The position numbers were made by a program, and so were the translations under genes. Below are positions 19,547-43,068 of a DNA stretch of 64,000 nt, piece after piece. The stretch is from the human T2T-CHM13v2.0 reference genome, Homo sapiens: assembly GCF_009914755.1 (NCBI RefSeq), contig NC_060930.1. The stretch is one strand, 5' to 3'. The stretch's first letter is position 1. Every line of letters begins with the position of its first letter. Under the pieces are notes generated by a model that saw only the letters and a program-made list of their open reading frames with translations, was not told the DNA's origin and did no database searches.

Positions 19547-21001
19547 TGTGATATTGTGATTTTAAAAAATATGGCTGGGGGCTGGGTGTGGTGGCTCACA
19601 CCTGTAATCCTAGCACTTTGGGAGGCTGAAGCAGCAGAATTGCTTAAGGCCAGGAGTTCAAGGCCAATGTGGGCAATAAAGCGAGACCTTGTCCCATTAA
19701 AGAAAGAAATTAAACAAAATGGCTGGGGCTGGGTGTGGTGCCTCACTCCTGTAGTCCCAGCACTTTGGGAGGCCAAGGCGGGCAGATGACTTGAGTTCAG
19801 GAGTTAAAGACCAGCCTGGACAACGTGGTGAAACCCCGTCTTCAGTAAAAATTAAAAAATTAGCTGGGTATGGTGGTGTGTGCCTGTAGTCCTAGCTACT
19901 CAGGAGGCTGAGGTGGGAGGATCACCTGAGGCTGAGGAGGTTGAGGCTGCAGTGAGTCAAGATCATGCCACCACACTCCAGCCTGGGCTAAGAGTGAGCC
20001 CCTGTCTCAAGAAAAAAAATAAGAAAAGAAATATGGCCAGTGTGGTGGCTCATGTCTGTAATCCCAACATTTTGGGATGCTGAGGCAGGAAGATCACTTG
20101 AGGCCAGGAATTCAAGACCAGACAGGGCAACATAGCAAGACCCCATTTCTATTAAAAAATTGTTTTAAAAAAGAAATATATATTTGGTCTCTGCCCCCAG
20201 TTTTTTGGCACACAGCTCCTAAAACTTTTGGAATTTCTGGAGTGGTAACAGTGTCTTTTGTATGCTAATGAGACAATTGGTGGCTGGGGGTCCCCATACA
20301 GCTTCAGGATGGTGGCTGGATTAGAGGTCTGGGACTTTTGGCACCACCCCCAAACTCCAGAGAGGGGAGAGGGGCTGAAGGTTGAGCCAGTCACCAATGG
20401 CCAGTGATTTAATCAATCATACCCATTTAACGAAGTCTCCATACAAACTCAAAGGGACAGGGTTTGGATGAACTTTTGCGGTCGGGGTTCTTGGAGGGTG
20501 GTGTTCCAGGAGAGGGCATGAAAACTCCCTACCCGGTCCCACATATGTTGCCCTATGCAGCTTTTCCATCTGGCTGTTCATCTATATCCTTTGCAATACC
20601 CTTTATAATAAGTGGGTAAACATAAAATAAAGTGTTTCTCTGAGTTCTCTGAGATGCTCTAGCAGATTAACTGAACCTGACAAGACAGTCATGGGAACCC
20701 TGATTTATAGCCAGTCAGTCAGAAGCAGAGGTCACAAGCTGGGACTTGTGATTGGTATCCGAAGTAGGGGGGCGATCTTGTGGAACTGAGCCCTCAACCT
20801 ATAGGATCTGATGCTACCGCCAGCTAGACAGTGTCAGAACTGAATTACAGGATACCTAGCTGGTGTCCGCTGCAGAACTGGTTATGTGTAGGCAGAAATC
20901 CCCACAAACATTTTGGTGATCAGAGCGAGGTGTTCTGTGTTGAGTATTGTGTTAACTGTGTGTAAAAGTGGGAAACACACTTTGTTTTCCTATCTCCTAT
21001 A
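19547..21001 (+). mobile_element. MER21-family solo LTR, interrupted near its start by an Alu cluster (~19573-20165)
   Basis: Starts TGTGATATTGTGAT and resumes AAGAAATATATATTTGGTCTCTGCCCCC; internal AATAAA; 5-bp TSD ACTGT at 19542-19546 and 21002-21006. Confidence 0.8.
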
Positions 21002-21052
21002 ACTGTAAACATGGTAAATAACTGTAAACCAAAACAAAACCTGATTGCTTCA

Positions 21053-21316
<264 letters not shown>

Positions 21317-21613
21317 TTAATATAATTACAGTAAATAAGTCTGGCTGTCAGAAGGATTATAGGGTTCAGTCCAAGGCAGTCCCTAAGAGTCTGTCTCAGA
21401 GGGAAATAAGCCTTGCCCTAGTTCTGTCTGCTTCGGGTAATCTTGACTGTTTCTCTGGGATCTGGGTTGTGAGAGAAGACAAACCTTCCTGTTAGCCTAT
21501 GGATTCTCCCTACTGAACATTTTCATCTTCCATTCTCACTCATTTATTTAAAAAAATTTTTTTTTACTATAAAATAAAACGCAGATGCAGAAAACCACAT
21601 AAGTCAAACATAG

Positions 21614-21868
<255 letters not shown>

Positions 21869-22237
21869 TGATCCACCCGCCTTGGCCTCCCCAAGTACTG
21901 GGATTACAGGCGTGAGCCACCGCACCCGGCCTCATGAGTCTTTCTAATGACCATCTAGGTCAAGAAATAGAACTTTGCCAGCCTCACCAGAAGACACTTC
22001 ATGGTCCTAGTCCTATCACAGCCCTCTTCCTCCCCCCTTAAATAAGCATTAACCTCGTTTTGGTGTATAGTAATCATGTACTCACTTTTATTTATAGTTA
22101 CATCACCCAAATGTACATCCCTAGACACTTCGATTTAGTCTTGGCCATTAAAATTTTTTTGATTTGCCTTTTATGTCTCTTTAAATCTGTAAGTTCCCTT
22201 CCATTCATTTTTTTCTTACAATTTATGTATTTCTTAA

Positions 22238-22530
<293 letters not shown>

Positions 22531-22848
22531 TAGTAGAGACGGAGTTTTGCCATGTTGGCCAGGCTAATCTCGAACTCCTGACTTCAAGTGATCTGGCCGC
22601 CTCAGCCTCCCAAAGTGCTGGGATTACAGGGATGAGCCACCGCGCCTGGCCTCTGAGAGTCTTTCCTGATGGTTTCTTTTCCCTCATATTTCGCGTCCAA
22701 TCATCAAGCATTGCCTATTCTACTTCCCTTAAACAAACAAACAAAAAAAGCTTGGCTGGGCACAGTGGCTCATGCATGTAATCCCAGCACTTTGGGAGGC
22801 CGCGGAGGAAGAATCACTTGAGGACGGGGCTCAAGACCAGCCTGGTCA

Positions 22849-23037
<189 letters not shown>

Positions 23038-23311
23038 TCAGAAAGAAAAAAAACAAAAAAAAGAAAAAAAAACACAATTCCATTTAGACTTCTGCACGGT
23101 GGGATCACATCTATCATTATTTGTGGCAAAATCCTGTATAAGAATAAATGGTTTCAAAATATTAGTAGGAAAGTAAAAAAGAATAAGCTGTAGTAAATCA
23201 GATAAGTGAATTTTCTGATCTTGATTTTGTTTCCTGGTGGGATAAGGTTGATAATTCCTCACAGTTAGTAATATTGCCACTTCAAGTTGCAATGCTAAAA
23301 ACTGCCGGCTA

Positions 23312-23625
<314 letters not shown>

Positions 23626-23810
23626 TTAAGTTTTCTCTTCAAGGATAAGATCCCTTGTATTCATTTATTTAAAAAAATTGATTCCAATTTTTTTGCAGGC
23701 GCATTGGCTCACGTCTGTAATCCCAGCCCTTTGGGAGGCCAAGGCAAAGGGATCACTTGAGGTCAGGAGTTTGAGACCAGCCTGGCCAACATGGTAAAAC
23801 CCTGTCTCTA

Positions 23811-24398
<588 letters not shown>

Positions 24399-24407
24399 AA
24401 AATGAGA

Positions 24408-25097
<690 letters not shown>

Positions 25098-25107
25098 ACG
25101 CTTCTCA

Positions 25108-25200
<93 letters not shown>

Positions 25201-25605
25201 TCATTTGAGCTCAGGAGTATGAAACCAACCTGGACAATAATGGGAAACCCCATCTCTACTATTTAAAAAAAAACAAAAACAAAAACACCTAGGCCATTTC
25301 ATGAATGTAACACATTGATTTTCAAGAAAAAAAATCAATTAAAAAATAGGCTATATAATTATAGAATTATTTTCAAACTCTATTCACATTTCTTTTTATT
25401 TTACAGAATGAAAGAAGGTCCTATATTCACATTTCTTTTAATTTTAATTAAGATAAACCTTTTTGTCTATGAAAATGCAAGATAAAAGATCCTTGTTTTA
25501 AAGTACACAACATTAATTACTGGCCAGCTATTGATAGTTTATTTCTTCCATATATAGTTCTTCCTGGAAAATCTCAAATAGAAACATCAGTGTAGTAATC
25601 TTTAA

Positions 25606-25884
<279 letters not shown>

Positions 25885-26399
25885 TGACCTCAAGTGATCC
25901 ACCCACCTCGGCCTCCCAAAGTGCTGGTATTACAGGTGTGAACCACTGGGCCCGGCTGGATTTGCTATTTTTAATCTTCCTGTGGATCTCAGTTTTACCC
26001 CAAATGATAATTACCAAATTAACCTTTCAATGCACAGTTGAATGCAATTAATCACTGTAGTAGGATATTATTTATTTCTTTCTTTTTTAAAAATCAGCCC
26101 CACTTTATAGTTGAAATGTAGTAGTAGATTATAATCAGGCTCTGTTAACAGAGAACTTGGGAAAAATAAGATTGCTCACAATGAATCCATCCCATTATGT
26201 TGCCAAAGCCTAGTTTCAATTTAACTTCTGTCAGTGCAATTTGTGGAAATATTTCTATATAGTGATCTTGTTTTTCAGAAGTAGACAGAGGAGTTCTTCA
26301 CAGCTTAGCTGCCTGAAGTTTTAAGGTTTGGTCCACATAGCCAGGCCAATGTTTATGGTATACTTTGGAATGTGAGTGACTGAGGATTCACTTTAATAG

Positions 26400-26733
<334 letters not shown>

Positions 26734-26759
26734 TAATTATTATTATTATTATTTTTTGA

Positions 26760-26918
<159 letters not shown>

Positions 26919-27499
26919 TAGTAGAGATGAGGTTTCTCCATATTTGTCAGGCTGGTCTCAAACTCCTGACCTCAGGTGATCCGCCTGCCTTGGCCTCCCA
27001 AAGTGCTGGGATTATAGGCGTGAGCGACCGCGCCTGGCCTTTTTTGTATTTTTAACAGAGACAGGGTTTCACCATGTTGCCCGGTCTGGTCTCAAATGCC
27101 TGGCCTCAAGTGATCCACCTGCCTCGACCTCCCAAAGTGGTAGGATTGCAGGCGTGAGCCACTACACCCGGCCTGATGTCGGGCATCCTTACATGTGCTT
27201 ATTGGCCATCTGTGTATCTTTGGAGAAATGTGTATTCGTATTCAAGTCCTTTGCCCATTTTAAAAACTGAGTTGTCTTTTTATTATTGAATTGTAAGAAT
27301 TCTTAATATGTCTGGATACTAGACCCTTATTAGATGTTTGATTTATAAATGCTTTCTCCCATTCAGTGGGTTGTTTTTCATTTTCTTAATAGTCCTTTGA
27401 TGTATAAGAATCTCTAAAATTTAGGACAGCAGAGTAAAATGGAAGATACAGAATAACTGAATTTTATACAGATGAGAACAAATTCTGTGTATGGTCTTA

Positions 27500-27760
<261 letters not shown>

Positions 27761-28013
27761 TCAGCTAAAACTCTATCCAGAATTCATACAGAATATCACC
27801 TTAATTAGTAAACTCCAAATTTTTAAATCAACTCCTTTGAAATATTAAATAGCAAAATACATGATAAATATTTAGTTGTTTGATTTTTTAAAAAATATAT
27901 TAACTAGAAAGTCCATGATTCAGATTAGAGGAAAAAGTAAAAATGTATTCGTAGAGCTATAATGTCAACCCTAAACATTCTTTATGAATGTCAGAAGTCA
28001 CCTGCAGCATTGA

Positions 28014-28244
<231 letters not shown>

Positions 28245-28499
28245 TAGGCTGGTCTTGAACTCCTGACTGCAAGTGATCCGACCCAAAGTGCTGGGATTAC
28301 AGGCGTGAGCCACCGTGCCCGGCCTGAATTCTCTATTTCTAAAATATAGTTTCACGGTCAGATTCAGAGGTTGACATAAGGATAAAGGAAAGAGATTGGA
28401 AGGTCCTGTTAGAATTCATGTTTAATTACCCAATCTTTATTCAATTGAAATGATTTATAAAAATTAGGCAATACAAGGTTTCTGTATGCAGCCATATGC

Positions 28500-30320
<1,821 letters not shown>

Positions 30321-30454
30321 GGCCAGGCGTGGTGGCTCATGCCAGTAATCCCAGCACTTTGGGAGGCCGAGGCAGGCGGATCATGAGGTCAAGAGATCAA
30401 GACCATCCTGGCCAACATGGTGAAACCCCGTCTCTACTAAAAATACAAAAATTA

Positions 30455-30625
<171 letters not shown>

Positions 30626-30730
30626 TCAGATTGTGAGCCTCCCACCTGTTTATTGATTCTTGCATGATCAAGAAAGCTTGGATACCACTGATATTTAGGG
30701 CATCAGATTTTTATATTTTCTATACGCTAA

Positions 30731-31132
<402 letters not shown>

Positions 31133-31454
31133 TGAACTCTTGACCTCAGGTGATCCGCTAGCCTCGGTCTCCCAAAGTGCTGGGATTACAAGCGTGAGCC
31201 AGTGAGCCATTGCGCTTGGTTGTATTTTTTAATATGATCAAAGATGTACAGATATAGGGAAAGAGAAGGAGAGAGAACATTGATTCTTTTACAGCAGTGG
31301 TTTTCAACTCCAGCTATACTTTACAATTATAGGGGCCTGTGTTCTACTCTCTGCCTATTGAATAAACAAAACAAAAACAAGTAAGGCAAAAAAACTCTGA
31401 GTGTAGGGCCAAGGAATCTAAGTTTTAAAAGGCTTCACTGGTGATTCTATAGAG

Positions 31455-31631
31455 CAGTGGGTTCCCAAACTTTGCTGCATATAAGAATCACCCAGGGGAG
31501 CCTTAAAAACACTGAGACCAAGGTCACACCACAGACCAATTGAATAGGTTGTGGGTGGGTGGGAGGTAAGTATCCCTAGTTTTTGAAGATCCCTGGGTGA
31601 TTTCAATGTGCAGCAAGTTTGGGACCCACTG
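31455..31631. mobile_element. MER5A1-like hAT MITE, next to or nested in an older MER5 (~31293-31446)
   Basis: TIRs CAGTGGGTTCCCAAACTT / AAGTTTGGGACCCACTG; 8-bp TSD CTATAGAG / CTGTAGAG. Confidence 0.8.
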
Positions 31632-32323
31632 CTGTAGAGATCAGATTTTAAAAAGTCTGCCCTTATCCTTCTTGATTGAAAAGCTCAGGGCAGAGAGGAT
31701 TTTAGAGTTTGAAGGAATTTGGAACATAGCTCTTTTTATATGGCTTTGAAATCCACAAAGGAAGTGAAATCATTCTTTTATGCTGAAAGGTACAAGTGTA
31801 AATGTATTTGATCTCTGAAAACTGAATGTATTCTGAAGAATGTACCCTACCTCTTGGAAACATAACCTGAAATAAGAAATATTTAATTTTAGTCACACTG
31901 GTATGTTTTCACAACCTATAAATATCAATTGAGTTTTTGATAATCTGATGTTTTTGAACAATCACCCAACCAAGATGAGCTGTATGTCTAACACATAAGC
32001 CCTTCACATGGCAGGTTCTCAATAGCTGCTTATCAAACGAATACAAGGCTCACAGGGTTAGAGGCTTAGAAAGAAGAATGTGAAATGTATGTATTCCAGC
32101 TTAGTGTTCATTTGTAATCTAGGTACAACACAACAGTTTTCTGTTCTCCCAATATGAATTGTAAGATCAACTTATAGTATTTCCACATTACAAGTTATAT
32201 TTCAGGGGGAAAGTCTTCATTTATAAAAACTTTCAAGTTAAAGATGAATTTTCAAATGTTACTAGGAGAAACTATCTGCGTATCTAGCAGACATTTATAA
32301 AAAAATCCTTCAAGAGTTTAAGG

Positions 32324-33183
<860 letters not shown>

Positions 33184-33353
33184 AGGTTGGGCTTAAGAAG
33201 GTACAAAACAGCTTTTTCTGATGTTCTGGATCTAGAAATTATTCTCTTGCTATTGTTTCTAACACACTACTATCTTGCCAATCAAGCAATGTAAACACAT
33301 ACTCTCGATGGCTTCATCATATCTAATTGTTGGCAAAAAATTAAAAATTATGA

Positions 33354-33479
<126 letters not shown>

Positions 33480-34077
33480 TGAGAAGCTGGGATTATAGGC
33501 ACCTGCTACCACACCCGGCTAATTTTTGTATTTTTAGTAGAGACAGGGTTTCACCACGTTGGCCAGGCTTGTCTAGAACTCCTAACCTCAGGCGATCCAC
33601 CTGCCTCAAAAGTGCTGGGATTACAGGCGTGAGCCACTGTGCCTGCCACTTTTTTTTTTTTTTTTGAGACAGGGTTTCGCTCTGTCGCACAGGCTGGAGT
33701 GCAGAGGCGCGATCACGGCTACTGCAACCTCAACCTCCTGGGCTCTAGTGATCGTCTCACCTCAGCCTCCTGAGTAGCTGAGACTACAGGCATGTGCCAC
33801 CACACCGGGTAATTTTTAAATTTTTTGTAGAAATGGGGTCTCCCTATGTTGCCCAGGCAGGTCTCTAACCCCTGGGTTCAAGTGATCCTTCCACCTAGGC
33901 CTCCCAAAGTGATCGGATTACAGGCATAAGTCACTGCACCTGGTCCTGAAAGTTCCTATTAGAGGGCTACATTATTCTAAAATACCACTGCTGATAAAAG
34001 AAAATACATATGCGTGGCTGGGCGTGGTGGCTCACACCTGTAATCCCAGCACTTTGGAGGCCAAGGCAGGCGGATCA

Positions 34078-34354
<277 letters not shown>

Positions 34355-35338
34355 TCAGATCATTTGCTCAGCCAACATTTTGAAAGCAAATATACTTTGG
34401 AGATTTAAATGATAATGGAATTTGTGAAGGAAAAATCAATGAGATCCTGAATCTTGTATTCAGAATGTATCATCGAATTTCTAATAATAGCTCAATCAAC
34501 TTTTTTTCCATATAAGTTGAAACAGAAAAGGACAAACTATAAAAACTATTTGTCATGAAATGTGTGAAATATAGAGGGTAAGATCACTCGACAAATACTT
34601 GAATATATTCTAATATGCCATTTAAAAAAAATTTTTCTTGTCAAATGCAAGTAACAGCAAATTGATTTAGCAAAGTTACATGTAAAAAATGCTCTTAATT
34701 TCTGTCTTAATTTGACAACTAAATATTCAAACCAAGGTCCCCATTTGATTTGCTTCGCAATGCTGCAAAATTGTATACTCTTCCTAAAAGGCATAAAGGA
34801 GAAGTAAAACAGTTACAAAACATGCTATCTTCAGGCTGGGCATGGTGGCTCATGCCTGTAATCCCAGCACTTTGGAGGCTGAGGCAGGCAGATCACTTGA
34901 GTTCACAAGTTCAAGACCAGCCTGGGCAACATGGCAAAACCCTGTCTCTACAAAAAATACAAAAATTAGCCAGGCTTTGTGGTACACACCTGTCGTCCCA
35001 ACTACTTGGTAGGCTGAGGTGGGAGGATGGCTTGAACCCGGGAGGCAGAGGGAGGCTGCAGTGAGCCAAGATCATGCTACTGCACTCCAGCCTAGGCAAC
35101 AGAACCAGACTTTGTGTCAAAAAACAAAACAACACACAAACAAAAACAAAAAACAAACCCAGAACCAACCAAACAAGAAAACCCCATGATATCCTTGGAA
35201 TTAAGAAAAGAAGAAGAAGCCGGGTGTGGTGGCTCACGCTTGTAATCCCAGCACTTTGGGAGGCCGAAGCTGGTAGATCATCTGAGGTTGGGAGTTTGAG
35301 ACCAGCCTGACCAACATGCAGAAACCCTGTCTCCACTA

Positions 35339-35572
<234 letters not shown>

Positions 35573-35744
35573 TCAATGGGTGAAGTGGTAATGTCTTTCC
35601 ATAATTCATTAAAAGGAGATCTTCAACATAGAGGAGTAGCTGATGATCTTAAAGCACTCGCTAGTCATGAGATGGTCCTTCTGAATTTAACTGCAGCGTG
35701 CAATGAAGATTTTTATTTCTCTATTTTTTTTTTTTTTGAGATAG

Positions 35745-35954
<210 letters not shown>

Positions 35955-36612
35955 TGATCCGCCTGCCTTGGCCTCCCAAAGTGCTGGGATTACAGGTGTG
36001 AGCCACCGTACCCAGCCTATTTCTCTTCTTGTAGAAATTTCTGAATCAGAATTAGAACTATATATGCTATCATAATTGTAAAATCCACTTATTGTAAGAA
36101 TGAAATCACATTTCTACCTATAAGTACTGACTTTTTCTTGGTTGGATAACTGAGAAAACATTCGAACTGCAACTCTTGCTTGTCCAGCTCAGATCTCCTT
36201 CGACATGACTGCCAGCATAAGCTATCTACAATGCAAATCTGATTCTGTCACTTCGAGCTTACAAATACTTCATGGCATCCCAGTGCCTAAAGGATAAAGG
36301 CTAAGCTCCTTAGGGAGGCACAGAGGACCCTCTGTGACCTGACTTCCAGCTGTTCCTCCTCCTGCTGTTTTTTGCCTTTACCTTATGCACGAGAGCAACA
36401 CCCAACAGCCACATTTCCTAGAAGGTGTCACTCTCTCTCTAGAAGATATCACTCTTTCTCTCAGGAAAGTGAGAAAGAAAAAAAGCAGTCAGGCCGGGTG
36501 TGGTGGCTCCCACCTGTAATACAAGCACTTCGGGAGATGAAGGCGGGCGGATCACCTGAGGTTGGGAGTTCGAGACCAGCCTGACCAACGTGGAGAAACC
36601 CCGTTTCTACTA

Positions 36613-36771
<159 letters not shown>

Positions 36772-36813
36772 TCAAAAGAAAAAAAAAAAAAAAGAAAAAA
36801 AGCAGTCCTGGGC

Positions 36814-37375
36814 TGCGGTAAGCTAAACTGTCCTGGTTCTAACATCTAGGCCTGGGGTTGTCCTGTTGAACCGAAACCAGGCCACTCTATGAGCATGCTG
36901 GAGCAAGACAAAAATAAGACCACTTTACAGTGAGCTGAGATCACCCCACTGCATGACAGTCCGGGAGACAGAGCGAGACCCTGTCTCTAAAAAGAAGAAG
37001 AAAAAGAAAAAAAACCACTCCACAGTCATGTCTGAGCACAGATAAAAACACAAATGCCATAAACTACAAAAAATGCGAAACATCTTCCTCTCCCAGCTAA
37101 TATGAGTGACTGCTGTGCCCTTACTAATCACAGCTTTACCCCACCTTCTAGATAAAAATTCATCATAGAATTATCAAATCCAGAGCAAAATATTGATTCT
37201 TTAAACCCTTCCCAAAGTCACCTACTGCAAGTCTAAACTGCAACAAGTTCCTCTCAACTCTGCACTAAGATGCCCCATGGTTCTTCATGGTGTGCTTTCT
37301 TCCTCACTGCAACGAACCAAGAAACCCAACTTGTTCAACTACAAGTGTGTTCCTTTGGCCAAAAGGCACTGACAC
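36814..37375 (+). mobile_element. Old ERV-type LTR (family uncertain) containing a truncated Alu 3' end
   Basis: TG...CA-bounded block ending AAACCCAACTTGTTCAACTACAAGTGTGTTCC...CACTGACA. Confidence 0.45.
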
Positions 37376-37752
37376 AAGGAAGCTTTTCCTGTCTGCCCCA
37401 GGCTGGCTGAGGACTGCCACCTTCTCTGTTCCAAAGATGTCCTGTACCTTACAGCACTGCATTATGCAGGCTATATTGTATTGAAATTCTGTCCATCCAT
37501 GTCTGTCTCCCTCTGGAGACCTTGGGCCCCACAGGAACCATGTTTTATTTTTTTCCTCTTATTCATTTTTAAGTCCTCAGCTGACAAAGAACCTAGGTCA
37601 TAGTAAAGTTTCAAAAAAAAATGTTTAAAGAATGAATGAGTAGATGCTGCACATTTCTTGGGTCCAAGATTTAAAGATGCAGCTTCATGTAACACATCAT
37701 TTTACAACACTGTCAACTATAACGTCATGTGCTTTAAGAATGCAGTCTGGTT

Positions 37753-38101
<349 letters not shown>

Positions 38102-38228
38102 ATGCAGTCTGGTTGTACAAGGTGACTCATGCCTGTAATCCCAGCATTTTGGGAGTCTTAGGCAGGAAGACTCCTTAAGCCCAGCAGTTTGAGACCAGCT
38201 TGATCATCATAGCGAGACTCCGTCTCTA

Positions 38229-38372
<144 letters not shown>

Positions 38373-38520
38373 CTAGACTCAAAAAAAAAAAAAAAAAAAA
38401 AAAGGAATGCAATCTGGGCTTCTCCTCCTAACTCTCTTGCCTCTGAATATTCCTTTTTCCGAAGTGTGTCGAGAAACAACCTAAGTTTGGAGAGATTAAG
38501 ACACATATCGATGTAGAGAA

Positions 38521-38559
<39 letters not shown>

Positions 38560-39695
38560 CAGGGTCTTGCTCTGTTGCCCAAGCTGGAGTGCAGTGGCAC
38601 AAACACAGCTTACTATACCGTTGACTTCCCAGGCTCACTCAATCCTCCTGCTGCAGCCAGCCGAGTAGCTGGGACTACAAGTGCATAACCTCATGCTTGG
38701 CTAATTTTTAAATTTTTTGTAGAGATGAGGTCTCGTCATGTTGCCCAGGCTGGTCTCAATTCCTGGGCCCAAGCAATCCTTCCATCTTGGCCTCCCTAAG
38801 TGTTGGGATTACAGATGCGAGCCACCACCCCTGGCCAAGGGAAAGCTTTTTAAAAAATTTAAACAAACTCAAAAGTTTTATCAGTTCTGGAAGATCATGA
38901 TAAAAATGAAATATTGGAGAAAGCAAGCTGTTACCCATCAATGTTGAGAAAATGACAAAACATATCAAGTTTTACATGGCAACATCTGTTTATAATGTGT
39001 TAAATTTTTTTTACCTGTTCCTTAAGGGGAAAAAAGTGGGTAACTCAATTAACATCAGGTAGGACTCTAAACTTTCAAAGTAACTTAACTTATTTATTTG
39101 AGACATGGTCTTGCTCTGTTGCCCAGGTTGGAGTGCAATGGCTGATCATAGTTCACTGCAACCTTGACCTGCTGGACTTAAGCAGTCCCCTTGCCTCAGC
39201 TTCCTGAGGAGCTGGAACTGCACTTGTGTGCCACCATACCCAGCTAAAACTTTCTTTTTTACTTGTATTAATTTTTTTTTTTTTTTTTTTGCTGGGAAGA
39301 CTCAGACCCAAGTAACCTTGGATATGAGCTCTCCACCTGGTTAAAACTTTATTACAGTGCTGATTTCTTCTGTTTCTAAGTTTTTGCCAATCTTTGGCAA
39401 AGATCAAGACAGGTCATAATTCTTAAAGTTCAGCTGCTTGTAGAGACATTTATAGCAAAATAAAAAACTTAAAAAGAAATGTTAAAGAGTACATTTTTCC
39501 TTCTTTTTAGAGATGGGGTCTCGCTATGTTGTCCAGGCTGGTCTTGAACTCCAGGGCTCAAGAAAACTGCCTGCCTTAGCCTCCCAAAGTGCTGGGATTA
39601 CAGGCGTAAATCACCATGCCCAGCCAAGACTAAGTTTTTAATTTTACTGCCTGGTTATATTGTATATAAATATTTAAAATATCAATCTTGGGCTA

Positions 39696-39824
<129 letters not shown>

Positions 39825-39827
39825 TTA

Positions 39828-40008
<181 letters not shown>

Positions 40009-40392
40009 TCATGACAATTTAATAGGAAAAGTTTTAAATATTTTATGTTCTTAAACTAATAAAGTGACTTTGAAGCCAACAAGAATGCTGAAAACAAACT
40101 GTGTATATTTTAATCTTTCCTAATGTTTTTATGTTCTTCTTTTATTCTACTCAAAAGGCAAACATTTTGTTTCCATGGTTTGAGAATTTAGTATATTGAA
40201 TTATTATAGATTTTTATTTGTGATTTGCCTTTGTGCTCGATTAAGTGATTGAAATCTGGTTTTAATAAGATATAAACTTTTTTCTAAAGACCTACTCTAG
40301 AAGAGCAAACAGATGTATATCATATTATAATATTATATCATAATAAATGTGCTGTTCTCTTTCTTTAATGACACTCATTTAAAATATAGATA

Positions 40393-40937
<545 letters not shown>

Positions 40938-41361
40938 TATAAACACACTAGTTGGTTTTCTAACAACTAATGGTCAGAATGAGAATCCTTTCATGAATAA
41001 CACATTTTATTTTCTACTAATCAAGTGGAAAAAACAAACTTAAGACTCATTTGATAATCACTACACTAAAAGGTTTTAAAATGACTTAAAAATATTTTTT
41101 ATAGTTTATAAAACTATACTTTCTATAAAAAATGAAAGAACTGAAATTCTTCAGACAATACTTTGTTCATATTTATGTATTTAAAATTTTTTTTTAAATA
41201 TTTTAAATGTTTTGTAGAGAAAGGGTCTCACTATGTTGACTAGGCTAGTCTCCTGACCTCAAATGATCCTCCCACCTAGACCTCCCCAAAGGACTGGGAT
41301 TACAAGTGTGAGCCACTGCACCCAGCCAGACAATACTTTGGATGTTCATTTCATTTGCCTA

Positions 41362-41595
<234 letters not shown>

Positions 41596-42688
41596 TTAAA
41601 ATAGAAAAATAATAGTTAGATAAAATTAGAATGTACCAAATAACAAACAAAACAAAACAAAAACACAAAATTAGAAAGCACCAACAACAATTTTTACATG
41701 TCTTGAAAAAATTATGTAACTATAAATTCAATGTAAAACTGACTTCAGTTTGGATTCAATTTCAAGTTTCTCTCAATTCTTTAATGGGATAATTGCTATA
41801 ACTGTATTATTGCTTATACATTTTGAAGAAAACAACTTTTTTTTTTTTTTTTGAGATAGAGTCTTGCTCTGTCTCACAGGCTGGAGTGCAGTGACGTGAT
41901 CTCGGCTCACTGCAACCTCCGCCTGCTGGGTTCAAGCAACTCTACTGTCTCAGCCTCCTGAGTAGCTGGGACTACAGGCACGTGCCACCACGCCTGGCTA
42001 ATTTTTGTATTTTGAGTAGAGATGGGGTTCCACCATGTTGGCCAGGCTGGTCTTGAACTCCTGACCTCGTGATCCACCCGCCTCGGCCTCCCAAAGTGCT
42101 GGGATTACAGGTGTGAGCCACTGCACCCAGCCAGAAGAAAACAACTTTTAACCACATGACTTTGCCTATCAGGGTCTACCAGACAAATCTTTTTGAAGAT
42201 ACATTTCCACAATCTACATATTTCCAAAGGTGTCTGTTTTTGTTAGTTGAGTTTTAAATTTTGATTGCAGATATATTTCTTGCATGACATGTCTATGTGA
42301 AAATCTAATTTATTAAAAATGTGTATCATGCTGCCAAGGAAATTGAGCAATAAAATGCCTTGGGACTAAGTAAAAAGAAAAAAAAAAAAAAAACATTAAA
42401 ACTACCAAGTGAGAACATCCTACTTTGCTTGAGAAGAAATTCAAAATACCTAAGATAGTGATTTTTTGATAGCAAATGTACTATTTAAGTACAGGATCAA
42501 CAGTCATTTCTACTGAGAAATATTCCAAAACTAACATCAGCTCGTAACTCAAATAGGTCAAGTAAATCATACCAACTTGAAAAACAGGTTATCAGGAAGT
42601 GTTTCAGAACTGTGGTTCAGTGATTTGGAAGATATATTTTTAAAACATTATTAGGCTACTATTATTACATTTTGAATTTGTTACATTA

Positions 42689-43068
<380 letters not shown>
